From: Scyliorhinus canicula
Lineage: Eukaryota
Length of the DNA stretch: 64,000 nt
Assembly: GCF_902713615.1 (NCBI RefSeq)
Contig: NC_052153.1
Span: 28,225,323 to 28,289,322 of the forward strand
Direction: 5' to 3'
Of the stretch, positions 10,101-21,555 are shown one piece after another. The position numbers and the translations under genes were made by a program. Each line of letters starts with the position of its first letter. Within the stretch, counting starts at the first letter, position 1. The notes under the pieces were generated by a model. That model was not told where the DNA came from and ran no database searches. It saw only the letters and a list, made by a program, of their open reading frames with translations.

Positions 10101-13100
10101 AGTCGTGTGGGTTGAGAAGGTCAGTCGGTGTGGGTTGAGAAGGTCGGTCGGTGTGGGTTGAGAAGGTCAGTCGGTGTGGGTTGAGAAGGTCGGTCGGTGT
10201 GGGTTGAGAAGGTCGGTCGGTGTGGGTCGAGAAGGTCGGTCGGTGTGGTTTGAGAAGGTCGGTCGGTGTGGGTTGAGAAGGTCAGCCAGTGTTGGTTGAG
10301 AAGGTCGGTCGGTGTGGATTGACAAGGTCAGTCGGTGTGGGTTCAGAAGGTCGGCCGGTGTGGGTTGAGAAGGTCGGTCGGTGTGGGTTCAGAAGGTCAG
10401 CCAGTGTGGGTTGAGAAGGTCAGTCGGTGTGGGTTCAGAAGGTCGGCCAGTGTGGGTTGAGAAGGTCGGTCGGTGTGGGTTCAGAAGGTCAGCCAGTGTG
10501 GGTTGAGAAGGTCAGTCGGTGTGGGTTGAGAAGGTCGGTCCGTGTGGGTTGAGAAGGTCAGCCGGTGTGTGTTGCGAGGGTCGGTCGGTGTGTGTTGACA
10601 AGGTCAGTCGGTGTGGGTTGAGAAGATCAGCAGGTGTGTGTTGACAAGGTCAGTCGTGTGTGTTGAGAAGGTCAGTCGGTGTGGATTGTCAAGGTCAGCT
10701 GGTGTGGATTGACAAGATCGGCCGGTGTGGGTTGCGAAGGTCGGTCAGTGTGGGTTGAGAAGGTTGGTCGGTGTGGGTTGAGAAGGTCAGTCGGTGTGCG
10801 TTGAGAAGGTCGGTCAGTGTGGGTTGAGAAGGTCGGTCGGTGTGGGTTGAGAAGGTCGGTCAGTGTGGGTTGAGAAGGTCGGTCGGTTTGGGTTGAGAAG
10901 GTCAGTCGGTGTGGGTTGAGAAGGTCGGTCGGTGTGGGTTGAGAAGGTTGGCCGCTGTGCGTTGAGAAGGTCGGTCAGTGTGGGTTGAGAAGGTCGGTCG
11001 GTGTGGGTTGAGAAGGTCGGTCGGTGTTGGGTGAGAAGGTTGGTCGGTGTTGATTGAGAAGGTCGGTAGGTGTGGGTTGAGAAGGTCGGTTGGTATTGGT
11101 TGTGAAGGTCAGCTAGTGTGGGTTGAGAAGGTCGGTCGGTGTGGGTTGAGAAGGTCGGTCGGTGTGGGTTGAGAAGGTCGGTCGGTGTTGGTTGAGAAGG
11201 TCAGTCGGTGTGGGTTGAGAAGGTCGGTCGGTGTGGGTTGAGAAGGTCGGTCGGTGTTGGTTGAGAAGGTCGGTCGGTGTTGGTTGAGAAGGTCGGTCGG
11301 TGTGGGTTGAGAAGGTCGGTCGGTGTGGGTTGAGAAGGTCGGTCGGTGTTGGTTGAGAAGGTCGGTCGGTGTTGGTTGAGAAGGTCGGTCGGTGTGGGTT
11401 GATAAGGTCGGTCGATCTTGATTGAGAAAGTCGGTCGGTGTTGGTTGAGAAGGTCAGTCGGTGTGGGTTGAGAAGGTCAGTCGGTGTGGGTTGAGAAGGT
11501 CGGTCGGTGTTGGTTGAGAAGGTCAGTCGGTGTGGGTTGAGAAGGTCGGTCGGTGTGGGTTGAGAAGGTTGGCCGCTGTGCGTTGAGAAGGTCGGTCGGT
11601 GTGGGTTGAGAAGGTCAGTCGGTGTGGGTTGAGAAGGTCGGTCGGTGTGGGTTGAGAAGGTCGGTCGGTGTGTGTTGAGGTCAGTCGGTGTTGGTTGAGA
11701 AGGTCAGTCGGTGTGGGTTGAGAAGGTCAGTCGGTGTTGGTTGAGAAGGTCAGTTGGTGTGGGTTGAGAAGGTCAGTCGGTGCTGGTTGTGAAGGTCAGT
11801 CGGTGTGGGTTGAGAAGATCAGTTGGTGTGGGTTGAGAAGGTCGGTCGGTGTGGGTTGAGAAGGTCGGTCGGTGTGGGTTGAGAAGGTCGGTCGGTGTGG
11901 GTTGAGAAGGTTGGCCGCTGTGCGTTGAGAAGGTCGGTCGGTGTGGGTTGAGAAGGTCAGTCGTTGTGGGTTGAGAAGGTCGGTCGGTGTGGGTTGAGAA
12001 GGTCGGTCGGTGTGTGTTGAGGTCAGTCGGTGTTGGTTGAGAAGGTCAGTCGGTGTGGGTTGAGAAGGTCAGTCGGTGTTGGTTGAGAAGGTCAGTTGGT
12101 GTGGGTTGAGAAGGTCAGTCGGTGTTGGTTGTGAAGGTCAGTCGGTGTGGGTTGAGAAGGTCAGTTGGTGTGGGTTGAGAAGGTCGGTCGGTGTGGGTTG
12201 AGAAGGTCGGTCGGTGTGGGTTGAGAAGGTCAGTCGGTGTGGGTTGAGAAGGTCAGTCGGTGTGGGTTGAGAAGGTCGGTGTGGGTTGAGAAGGTCAGTC
12301 GGTGTTGGTTGAGAAGGTCAGTTGGTGTGGGTTGAGAAGGTCAGTCGGTGTGGGTTGCGAAGGTCAGCCAATGTGGGTTGTGAAGGTCAGTCGTGTGTGT
12401 TGAGAAGGTCAGTCGGTGTGGGTTGAGAAGGTCGGTCGGTGTGGGTTGAAAAGGTCAGTCGGTGTGGGTTGAGAAGGTCGGTCGGTGTGGGTTGAGAAGG
12501 TCGGTCGGTGTGGGTCGAGAAGGTCGGTCGGTGTGGTTTGAGAAGGTCGGTCGGTGTGGGTTGAGAAGGTCAGCCAGTGTTGGTTGAGAAGGTCGGTCGG
12601 TGTGGATTGACAAGGTCAGTCGGTGTGGGTTCAGAAGGTCGGCCGGTGTGGGTTGAGAAGGTCGGTCGGTGTGGGTTCAGAAGGTCAGCCAGTGTGGGTT
12701 GAGAAGGTCAGTCGGTGTGGGTTCAGAAGGTCGGTCAGTGTGGGTTGAGAAGGTCGGTCGGTGTGGGTTCAGAAGGTCAGCCAGTGTGGGTTGAGAAGGT
12801 CGGTCGGTGTGGGTTGAGAAGGTTGGTCGGTGTGGGTTGAGAAGGTCAGTTGGTGTGGGTTGAGAAGGTCAGTCGGTGTGGGTTGAGAAGGTCGGTGTGG
12901 GTTGAGAAGGTCAGTCGGTGTTGGTTGAGAAGGTCAGTTGGTGTGGGTTGAGAAGGTCAGTCGGTGTGGGTTGCGAAGGTCAGCCAATGTGGGTTGTGAA
13001 GGTCAGTCGTGTGTGTTGAGAAGGTCAGTCGGTGTGGGTTGAGAAGGTCGGTCGGTGTGGGTTGAGAAGGTCAGTCGGTGTGGGTTGAGAAGGTCGGTCG

Positions 13101-14470
13101 GTGTGGGTTGAGAAGGTCGGTCGGTGTGGGTCGAGAAGGTCGGTCGGTGTGGTTTGAGAAGGTCGGTCGGTGTGGGTTGAGAAGGTCAGCCAGTGTTGGT
13201 TGAGAAGGTCGGTCGGTGTGGATTGACAAGGTCAGTCGGTGTGGGTTCAGAAGGTCGGCCGGTGTGGGTTGAGAAGGTCGGTCGGTGTGGGTTCAGAAGG
13301 TCAGCCAGTGTGGGTTGAGAAGGTCAGTCGGTGTGGGTTCAGAAGGTCGGCCAGTGTGGGTTGAGAAGGTCGGTCGGTGTGGGTTCAGAAGGTCAGCCAG
13401 TGTGGGTTGAGAAGGTCAGTCGGTGTGGGTTGAGAAGGTCGGTCCGTGTGGGTTGAGAAGGTCAGCCGGTGTGGGTTGAGAAGGTCGGTCGGTGTGGGTT
13501 GAGAAGGTCGGTCGGTGTTGGTTGAGAAGGTCAGTCGGTGTGGGTTGAGAAGGTCGGTCGGTGTGTGTTGACAAGGTCAGTCGGTGTGCGTTGACAAGGT
13601 CAGTCGGTGTGGGTTGAGAAGGTCGGTAGGTGTGGGTTGAGAAGGTCAGTCGGTGTGCGTTGACAAGGTCAGTCGGTGTGGGTTGAGAAGGTCGGTCGGT
13701 GTGTGTTGACAAGGTCAGTCGGTGTGGGTTGAGAAGATCAGCAGGTGTGTGTTGACAAGGTCAGTCGTGTGTGTTGAGAAGGTCAGTCGGTGTGGATTGA
13801 CAAGGTCAGTCATTGTGGGTTGAGAAGATCGGTCGGTGTGGGTTGAGAAGGTCAGCCGGTGTGTGTTGACAAGGTCAGTCGGTGTGGGTTGAGAAGGTTG
13901 GTCAGTGTGGGTTGAGAATGTCGGTCGGTGTGGGTTGAGAAGGTCAGTCGGTGTGGGTTGAGAAGGTCAGTCGGTGTGGGTTGAGAAGGTCAGTCGGTGT
14001 GTGTTGACAAGGTCGGTCGGTGTGGGTTGAGAAGGTTGGTCAGTGTGTGTTGAGAAGGTCGGTCGGTGTGGGTTGAGAAGGTCGGTCGGTGTGGGTTGAG
14101 AAGGTCAGTCGTGTGTGTTGAGAAGGTCGGTCGGTGTGGGCTGAGAAGGTCAGTCGGTGTGGATTGAGAAGGTCAGTCGGTGTGGGTTGAGAAGATCGGT
14201 CGGTGTGGGTTGAGAAGGTCAGCCGGTGTGTGTTGACAAGGTCAGTCGGTGTGGGTTGAGAAGGTCGGTCGGTGTGGGCTGAGAAGGTCAGTCGGTGTGG
14301 ATTGAGAAAGTCGGCCAGTGTGGGTTGAGAAGGTCGGTCGGTGTGGGTTGAGAAGGTCAGTCGGTGTGGGTTGAGACGGTCGGCCTGTGTAGGTTGAGAA
14401 GGTCGGCCGGCGTGGGTTGAGAAGGTCGGCCAGCGTGGGTTGAGAAGGTCGGCCGGTGTGGGTCATGAAT
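7180..14470. repeat. 7.3-kb minisatellite/satellite of 23-bp units (GTTGAGAAGGTCRGTCGGTGTGG), roughly 315 copies, with higher-order duplications
   Basis: Continuous 23-bp periodicity. Units are degenerate at both edges and homogeneous in the core. Diagnostic variants recur at 965, 2288 and 616 bp spacing. Confidence 0.98.
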
Positions 14471-14609
14471 GTTGGCCAATTAGCAAAAGTGATTCCTGAG
14501 AAAAAAAAGTTTGAAAAATACAGGTATAAATAAAGGGATCTATTGTGTCATGGATCCAAAGAATTAGAAGGGAGGAAGTTGTTTGCAGTATTGACCCTCG
14601 GAACCGGGA

Positions 14610-15043
14610 TCTGAAATATGATTATAAACGGGTCAGAGATGCATTTGATGAAGACTGTGAGCTTTGGAACTCATGTGATGAAAGATTCTAATTGCATCTC
14701 ATAGCAAATCAAACACCGGAGCACACAACGTTTCTCAGTTCGGTAGGGTGTGAAACTGTTATCCTGCTACAAAATCTAGTCCATCCAGCAAAACTGGGAG
14801 GTGAGTCTTATATCGAACTCATGAAGATTTTATAGGGAATTTCTCAGCTCGACCATTATTAATTGCAGAGAGGTTTTGTTTCCACCGCTGCAGCCAGGAC
14901 GAGAGTGAAAGCATTTTACAATTCATAACGACTTTTAGAAGGTTAGCAAAATACAGTGAATTTGGTGCAGCACTTGATGATACTCTTCGTGATAGACTGG
15001 TTTGTGAAATCTGCAGTGAAGCTATTCAGAGGAGAATCCTAAA
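14610..15043 (+). pseudogene. gag: Gypsy gag remnant
   Basis: DAFDEDCELWNSCDERF..FLSSVG..LLQNLVHPAK..LIAERFCFHRCSQDESESILQFI..LAKYSEFGAALDDTLRDRLVC..IQRRIL, with stops and frameshifts. Confidence 0.85.
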
Positions 15044-16081
15044 GTGGGCCCGGCAAATGAAACAGAGCACTTGGGAAGGGAAGACCATAAGGGTGTATCA
15101 GAACATTGGGGCGGACCTGGCCAAATAAAGGGCTGAATTCAACAAGGCGAAATCAGCACTGCACAAAAGCAAGTTAAAATTTGGGATGTTATTCCCGGCC
15201 AAACTCTGGGTGGCATTTGAGGGGAAAGAGCTGTATTTTAACAACCCAGAGGTTGTTACAAGCTGGGGGAGGAGCACACGCAACTGCAATGAAAGTCATG
15301 GGGACGGAAAAGGAAGGGAAAACCAGAACAAAGAGCGGAGGACAGACCGCAAACAAGGACAATGAACTCATGAACTGTGCACATGTGTGTTATGTCTTGC
15401 ACGGGACTGTTCTGTCTTGTCTCAGAACTTGTCTCCTCTCTTAATGCAATGGAAAGGAGTGGAGCGATGGAAATGAGGGTGAGAAAGCAAACAGGAGGAC
15501 CAGACAAGGGCCAGCAGGAGAAAGGTTAAGCAGGACCAGAACTGGGCAAATACTGGGAGGAAGGCCACCGAACGAGCGAGGAGGGCCAGCACGGGAGGGC
15601 AGGAAGGAACGAGGACTGCAGCACGGCTCTCAGGGGAGGGGGAGCCCCTGGCACAAGGAGAGGAGGGAGGGGCGAACGCGGGGCGGGGGGGGGACAAAGG
15701 GACAGGGGCGAGGGGGGAGGGGAGTCTGGGGGAGAATGGGGAACAAAAGAGAAGCAAAGAGAAGGGCGAGATAGTGAAGCAGTACAGACATAGGCCTCGG
15801 CGGACATGAAGCAGGGCGAGGAACCAAGAGGGTGTCGCAAACAGCCACTCGAGAGTGCATCAGGGCGGAGGGAGACCCAGGGGAGGAGGGAGACCCCAGA
15901 GCGCAGGGGCGCACCTCGTGGCGTACGCACAGCTGGTGGCCACATTGGGTGCCCCCAAGGCAAAGGGAAACCCCTGAGCGCTGGGGCCCAACCCCATGGT
16001 GAGAGCAGCGGCCCTGGCCATTTTGGACGGCCCCTAGCAACAGGAAACCCCAGAGTGCAGGGGCGCATCCACCAGGTAAGT

Positions 16082-19000
16082 ATGGCTGATCCCACAGGAC
16101 CAGGGGTCAGAAACCCCCCACCAGGATTGTTACCTGGAATGTAAGGGGACTCAACAGCCCAGTGAAAAGATCCAGAGTATTCGCTCAGCTAAGAAGCCGA
16201 AAAGCAGACATAATCGACCTGCAAGAGACGCACCTGAGGGAGAAGGACCAACTGCTGGTAACAGAAGGGCTGGGTTGGGCAGACGCACCCCTCATGCCGC
16301 GGGACGAGGGCTAGGGGTGTAGCAATATTAATTAGCAAAAGGACGAGGTTTACGGGAACCAAGACAGTTACGGACCCAGGGGGACGGTACGTCATGGTCA
16401 GCGGTGTCCTGGAAGGGGCACCTGTCGTACTGGTAAATGTGTACGTTCCCAACTGGGGCGACTCACAATTCATAAAGAAGACCAAGGAAATCCCCGACCT
16501 TGATACACACCGACTGATTATGGGTGGGGGGGGACTTTAACTGCGTGCTGGACCCACTGACCGACTGCTCAAACCCCAGAACGGGGAAAAGGTCTGGCAT
16601 GGCTAGGGAGCTAGGGGCCTTCATGGAACAGATGGGGGCGGTGGACCCATGGAGGTTCCTGCACCCAGGCGAAAAAGAGTTCTCGTTCTTTTTGCAATGC
16701 ACAAGTTATACACCCGTATCAACTTCTTTGCAGTGGGGAAATCTGTGCTTCGAGGGATCACGGGAACGGACTACTCCGCGATCGTTATCTCCGATCACGC
16801 TCCACATTATATGGATGTGAGGTTGGAGACAGGCTGGGCCCAGCGCCCCACATGGAGGCTGAACACAGACCTCCAGGCCGACAAGGCTTTCTGCCAAAAA
16901 GTATCGCAGACTATAGGTGATTACGTTCGTAACAACCAAAACGGGGAGGTCTCACCCTCCACGTTTTGGGAGGCACTGAAGGCCGTGATCAGAAGACAGA
17001 TCATAGCCTACAAGGCAAGTGGATATAGGGAAGAGAGGGTGGCCAGGCAACAGCTAGTGGATGTGGTGATCACAAGTTAACCAGATGCAACACAACTGAG
17101 CAACCACTAGAGGGAGCACAGGAGAGCCATATAAATAGATCAGGACAGGAAGTGAGGACACACTTCACTGAGGGCAGAACTTGGACCAACACATATACAG
17201 AAGACACTCTTCACAGCAGGCGGGCTGGTAAGCAGGACACACAGCAAGCAAAGCTGGTAGTTAGCACTGGAAGGTAGTTCTAGGTCGAGCTCTGGAAACT
17301 GAACGAACTCACAATAAAGCATCTTCTCCACACTTGAGACTACGAGCTTTATTAAGACACGAGTAACAACACAGTGGACTCCATAATGGAGGTCGATAGA
17401 AAGTACTCCGAGGCCCCGACAGTAGAGCTGCTAGCGGCGAGGGAAAAGCTGCAACTGGACGTTAACCTGCTATCAACCAGGAAAGCAGTGTACCAACTCC
17501 GCCAGACACAGAGGACCTTCTACGAACACGGAGACAAGGCTGGCAGCCTATTGGCTCACCAGCTGAGAAAGCAGGCAGCCACGAGGGAAATAGCGCAGGT
17601 TAAGGATAGCAGAGGCAGACTGGCAACAGAGCCAAAGGAGGTCAATCGGGCATTCGAGACCTTCTACCGGGGACTGTACAGCTCCGAGCCCCCCGTTGGG
17701 GATGAAACAGTTCCTAGACAGACTGGGACGACCAGTGGTGGGGGGAAGACAGACGGGGGTGGTGGGGGGGGGGGGGGGGGGGGGGGGTGCTGGAAGCACC
17801 AAAGACCTGGGAGAAATCATGGAGAGCATCAACTCCATGCAGGCGGGGAAGGCACCAGGACCCGATGGATTCCCGGCGGGCATCCACAAAAAATTTGTGC
17901 CAGTCCTGGCCCCACACCAAAGGGACATGTTCGTGGGCGCACTGGCAGGGGGCATCCTGCCCCCAATGCTCGCCAGAATCTCAATAATACCCAAAAAAGA
18001 TGAAGACCTGACGGAATTAGAATCATACAGACCCATGTCACTGCTGAACGTGGATGCCAAAATACTCGCAAAGGTCCTGGCCAAAAGGTTGGAGGGCTGC
18101 GTACCAGAGGTGGTCGCAGACGACCAGACGGGCATTATCAAGGGTAGGCAGCTCACAGCGAACATCAGGCGGCTGCTGAATATGATAATGACCCCCACCC
18201 CCGGGGAGAAAACAGCAGAGGTGATCATCTCCCTGGACGCAGAAAAGCCCTTTGACGGAGTCGAATGGAGCTACCTCCTCGAGGTACTGGAACGGTTTAG
18301 GCTAGGAGCGGGATTCACCGCCTGGGTGAGGCTCCTGTACAACGCTCCCAAAACGAATGTCCGAACTAACACCACCAGCTCTGAATACTTCCAGTTGCAG
18401 GGAGGAACATGACAGGGCTGCCCCCTGTCCCCACTCTTGTTCCCATGAGCGATCAAACCCCTGGCGATAGCCCTGCGGGACGGAAAAAGCTGGAAGGGGA
18501 ATCCGGAGAGGAGACAGAGAGCACAGTCTCACTCTATGCAGATAACCTGCTCCTTTATGTCTCAAAGCCACAGGAGGGACTGAAGGCAATACTGCAAATA
18601 CTGAAAGAGTTTGGAATCTTCTCGGGCTACAAACTTAACCTGGGCAAAAGCAAGACATTCCCAGGGAACCCAAAAGGGGGAGGGACAGAGCTGAAGGAGC
18701 TCCCGTTCAGAACGGCCCAGAACAGATTCCGTTAGCTGGGGATCCAAATAGCTAGAGACTGGACACAGATTCACAAGTGGAACCTGACCAGCCTGGTGGA
18801 GGAAGTAAGAAAAGACCTTCAATGGTGGGGCTCACTCCCACTCTCCCTGGTGGGAAGAGTGTAGATGATCAAGATGAATGTACTGCCAAGGTTCCTCTTC
18901 CTGTTAAGATCCATCCCGATTTTCAACCCAAAGGCCTTTTTCCAAAACATAGACAGGCTAATCATGGCGTTTGTGTGGGTGGGTAAGAACCTGAGAATTC

Positions 19001-20197
19001 CCAAACTGACACTGCAAAGAGGGAAAGTCAGAGGGGGCCTGGCTCTACCGAACCTATAATACTACCACTGGGCAACAACGGCAGACAAAGTGAGGAGATG
19101 GGAACAAGAACCCGAAACAGATTGGGTACAAATGGTGGAGGCATCCTGTAAAGGAAAGACCCTCCGGGCCCTGGCCACAGCAGCACTCCCATCCTCCTCA
19201 ACAAGGTACACAACAAGCCCAGTGGTAGCGGCCACGCTGAGAACGTGGACCCAGTTGAGACAGCACTATGGGATAACCAAAATGTCCCTTATGGCCCCCA
19301 TCTGGGGCAATCACAGATTCCCCCCAGCCATGCTAGATACCACCTTCAAAAGATGGAGGCGGGACGGAGGCACACTGACGGCTGTAACTTCTACGTAAGG
19401 TGCAGACTCTCGACACTGGACAAACTGATGAGGAAGTGGAAACTAGCAAAAGGCCAGGAATTGAGACACCTCCAAATAAAGCACTTCCTCCACAAAGAGA
19501 CAGTAGGATACCCCGGTGCCCAAGAAAGCACACTACTAGAGGACCTGATAGGCACAAGCAGCGAGAAAGGGCTATGTGGGAAAATATACGGACAGCTACT
19601 GGAAAGAGCCCGAACACCACTGGATGAGACCAGACAAAAATGGGAGGACGAACTGGGGTCAGAGGTAGGATGGGGACTCTGGAGCGAAGCACTGAGAAGG
19701 GTGAACACCACCTCCTCCTGTGCAAGGCTAAGCCTAATGCAGCTCAAAGTGGTGCACAGAGCACACCTGACCAGAACCCGAATGAGCAGGTTCTTCCCGG
19801 AGATGGAGGACAAATGTGAGCGGTGCCTGAGGGTCCCGGCCAACCACAGTGACATGTTTTGGGCTTGCCCCAAGCTTGCTGGGTTCTGGACAGCCTTCTC
19901 CAAGGCAATGTCTAAGGTTGTGGGGGTGAGGGTGAAGCCATGCAATCTTCGGGGTATCAGAGCAGCCAGAGTTACACATGGCGAAGGGCTTCCCTAATCA
20001 CACGCCGGAGAATCCTGCCCGGCTGGCGATCGGCAGCACCACCCACAGCTGCAGACTGGCTCGCTGACCTCTCGGAATTTCTCCAAATGAAGACGATTAA
20101 GTACAACATCCAAGGGTCAAAGGAAGGCTTCATGGATACTGGGGGGCAGTTTGTCGGCCTGTTCCAAAACCTGTGCAAGGCCAGCAATGAGGAGTAA
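16082..20197 (+). pseudogene. L1/Tx1 ORF2 (APE endonuclease, reverse transcriptase, C-terminal Cys region), disrupted
   Basis: IVTWNVRGLN..LQETHL, GGDFNCVLDP, ISDHAP (APE); KAPGPDGFP, YRPMSLLNVDAKILAKVLA, SLDAEKPFD, QGCPLSP, LYADNLLL (RT); CERC..HSDMFWACP. Many frameshifts and a solo-LTR insertion. Confidence 0.93.
17062..17373 (+). mobile_element. Solo LTR (312 bp) inserted in L1 ORF2
   Basis: TG...CA ends and a perfect 5-bp TSD GTGGA (17057-17061, 17374-17378). Internal TATAAA and AATAAA. Excision restores QQLVDSIMEVDRKY. Confidence 0.95.
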
Positions 20198-20529
20198 GCC
20201 AGGGGAAAAAAAGATGAAGAACCAAAAGGACTGCACAACGGGGGAGGGGGGGAGGGGAACCACAAGAGAAGAGGAAGGGTGCCAATGGGGGGGGGGGGGG
20301 GCAAGGGGGAGGAGGAAGGGGGGATGTCATAGACTGATCCAGAGGGCAGAAAAATGTACATACAGTTAGTCAAATGAAAGAGAAAACAAACCTCTCTGTA
20401 AAGTAAAGCAAATTAGCGCGGGCAAGAAAAATGTAATGTAAGCAACAACTGTTTATAAATATGAGAAAAGCCAATAAAAAGATTTTCAAAAAAAAAGGAA
20501 GGGTGCTCTTTCGGAGGATCGGTGTAGAC

Positions 20530-21555
20530 TTATTTCCCAGCCTCAGTCTCTGAGGGGCGTATGTTTACTTTGACCTCTCTCTTTTGACATAATCCAAGAA
20601 GCTCTTGCTGTCTGCCTTTATATTACTTGCCAATTTACTCTCAGTTCATCTCCTCCACCTTTATTTTTTTTGCTCATCTTTTGCTAGTTTTAAAAACTTT
20701 CCCAATCCTTTGGCATACCATCAATCTTTGCCACTGTATATGTTTTTTATTTCAGTTTACTTTTTCGGTTAACCATGGTTGATTTATCCCCTCCCTAGAA
20801 TCCTTCCTCACTGGGATACATTTTTGTTGTGACTCATGAACTATTTTTAGAAATGTCTGCCATTGCTGATTAACCATTTTTTGTGCTAAACTCCTCCTCT
20901 AATCCACTCCAGCCAATTTCATAGAATTTACAGTGCAGAAGGAGGCCATTCGGCCCATCGAGTCTGCACCGGCTCCTGGAAAGAGCACCCTACCTAAGGT
21001 CAACACCTCCACCCTATCCCCATAACCCCACCCATCACTAGGGCAATTTTGGTCACTAAGGGTAATTTATCATGGCCAATCCACCTAACCTGCACATCCT
21101 TTGGACTGTGGGAGGAAACCGGAGCACCCAGAGGAAACCCACGCACACACGGGGAGGATGTGCAGACTCCGCACAGACAGTAACCCAAGCCGGAGTCGAA
21201 CCTGGGACCCTGGAGCTGTGAAGCGATTGTGCTATCCACAATGCTACCGTGCTGCCCTCATTTCTTAGAATTACCCTGATATAAGTGTAGCACAGTTGTT
21301 TCTGACCAAAGTTGCTCACTCTAAACTTGAAAACAAAATTCTACCACGTTATGGTCACTGTTTCCTAGGGGATGTTTTACTCTAAGAATCTTTATTAAAC
21401 CTGTCTCGTTACACATTACCAAATCCAAAATAGCCTGATCCCTGATTGGATTCAAAACATACTATTCTAGGAAACTGTCCGGAATGCACTCCATGAATTC
21501 TTCCTCATGGCTACTTCTGTCAATTTGATTTCTCCAATCTACATGAGGATTAAAC
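20530..21555 (-). mobile_element. Old CR1 LINE fragment (endonuclease/linker region) containing a SINE
   Basis: CR1-type sequence on the minus strand (e.g. GATCAGGCTATTTTGGATTTGGTAATGTGTAACGAG, AGTGACCATAACGTGGTAGAATTT). Confidence 0.65.
20920..21258 (-). mobile_element. HE1-type tRNA-derived SINE, full length
   Basis: The reverse strand begins GGGCAGCACGGTAGCATTGTGG, has B-box GGTTCGACTCC, and ends ..CTGTAAATTCTATG. Confidence 0.9.

Larger units (their letters stand above)
15044..20496 (+). mobile_element. L1/Tx1-clade LINE: 5'-truncated ORF1, inter-ORF region, full-length but decayed ORF2, 3'UTR and poly(A)
   Basis: ORF1 C-terminus (WEGKTIRVYQNIGADLAK..FGMLFPAKLWVAFEG), then ORF2 from ~16082. 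AATAAA and an A-tail at 20473-20496. Confidence 0.95.

Noticed and set aside
7180-14470. CRISPR array or telomeric repeat
   Set aside because: Units are head-to-tail with no unique spacers, there are no cas genes, and the context is eukaryotic. The unit is 23 bp with no (TTAGGG)n. ORFs inside it are repeat translations.
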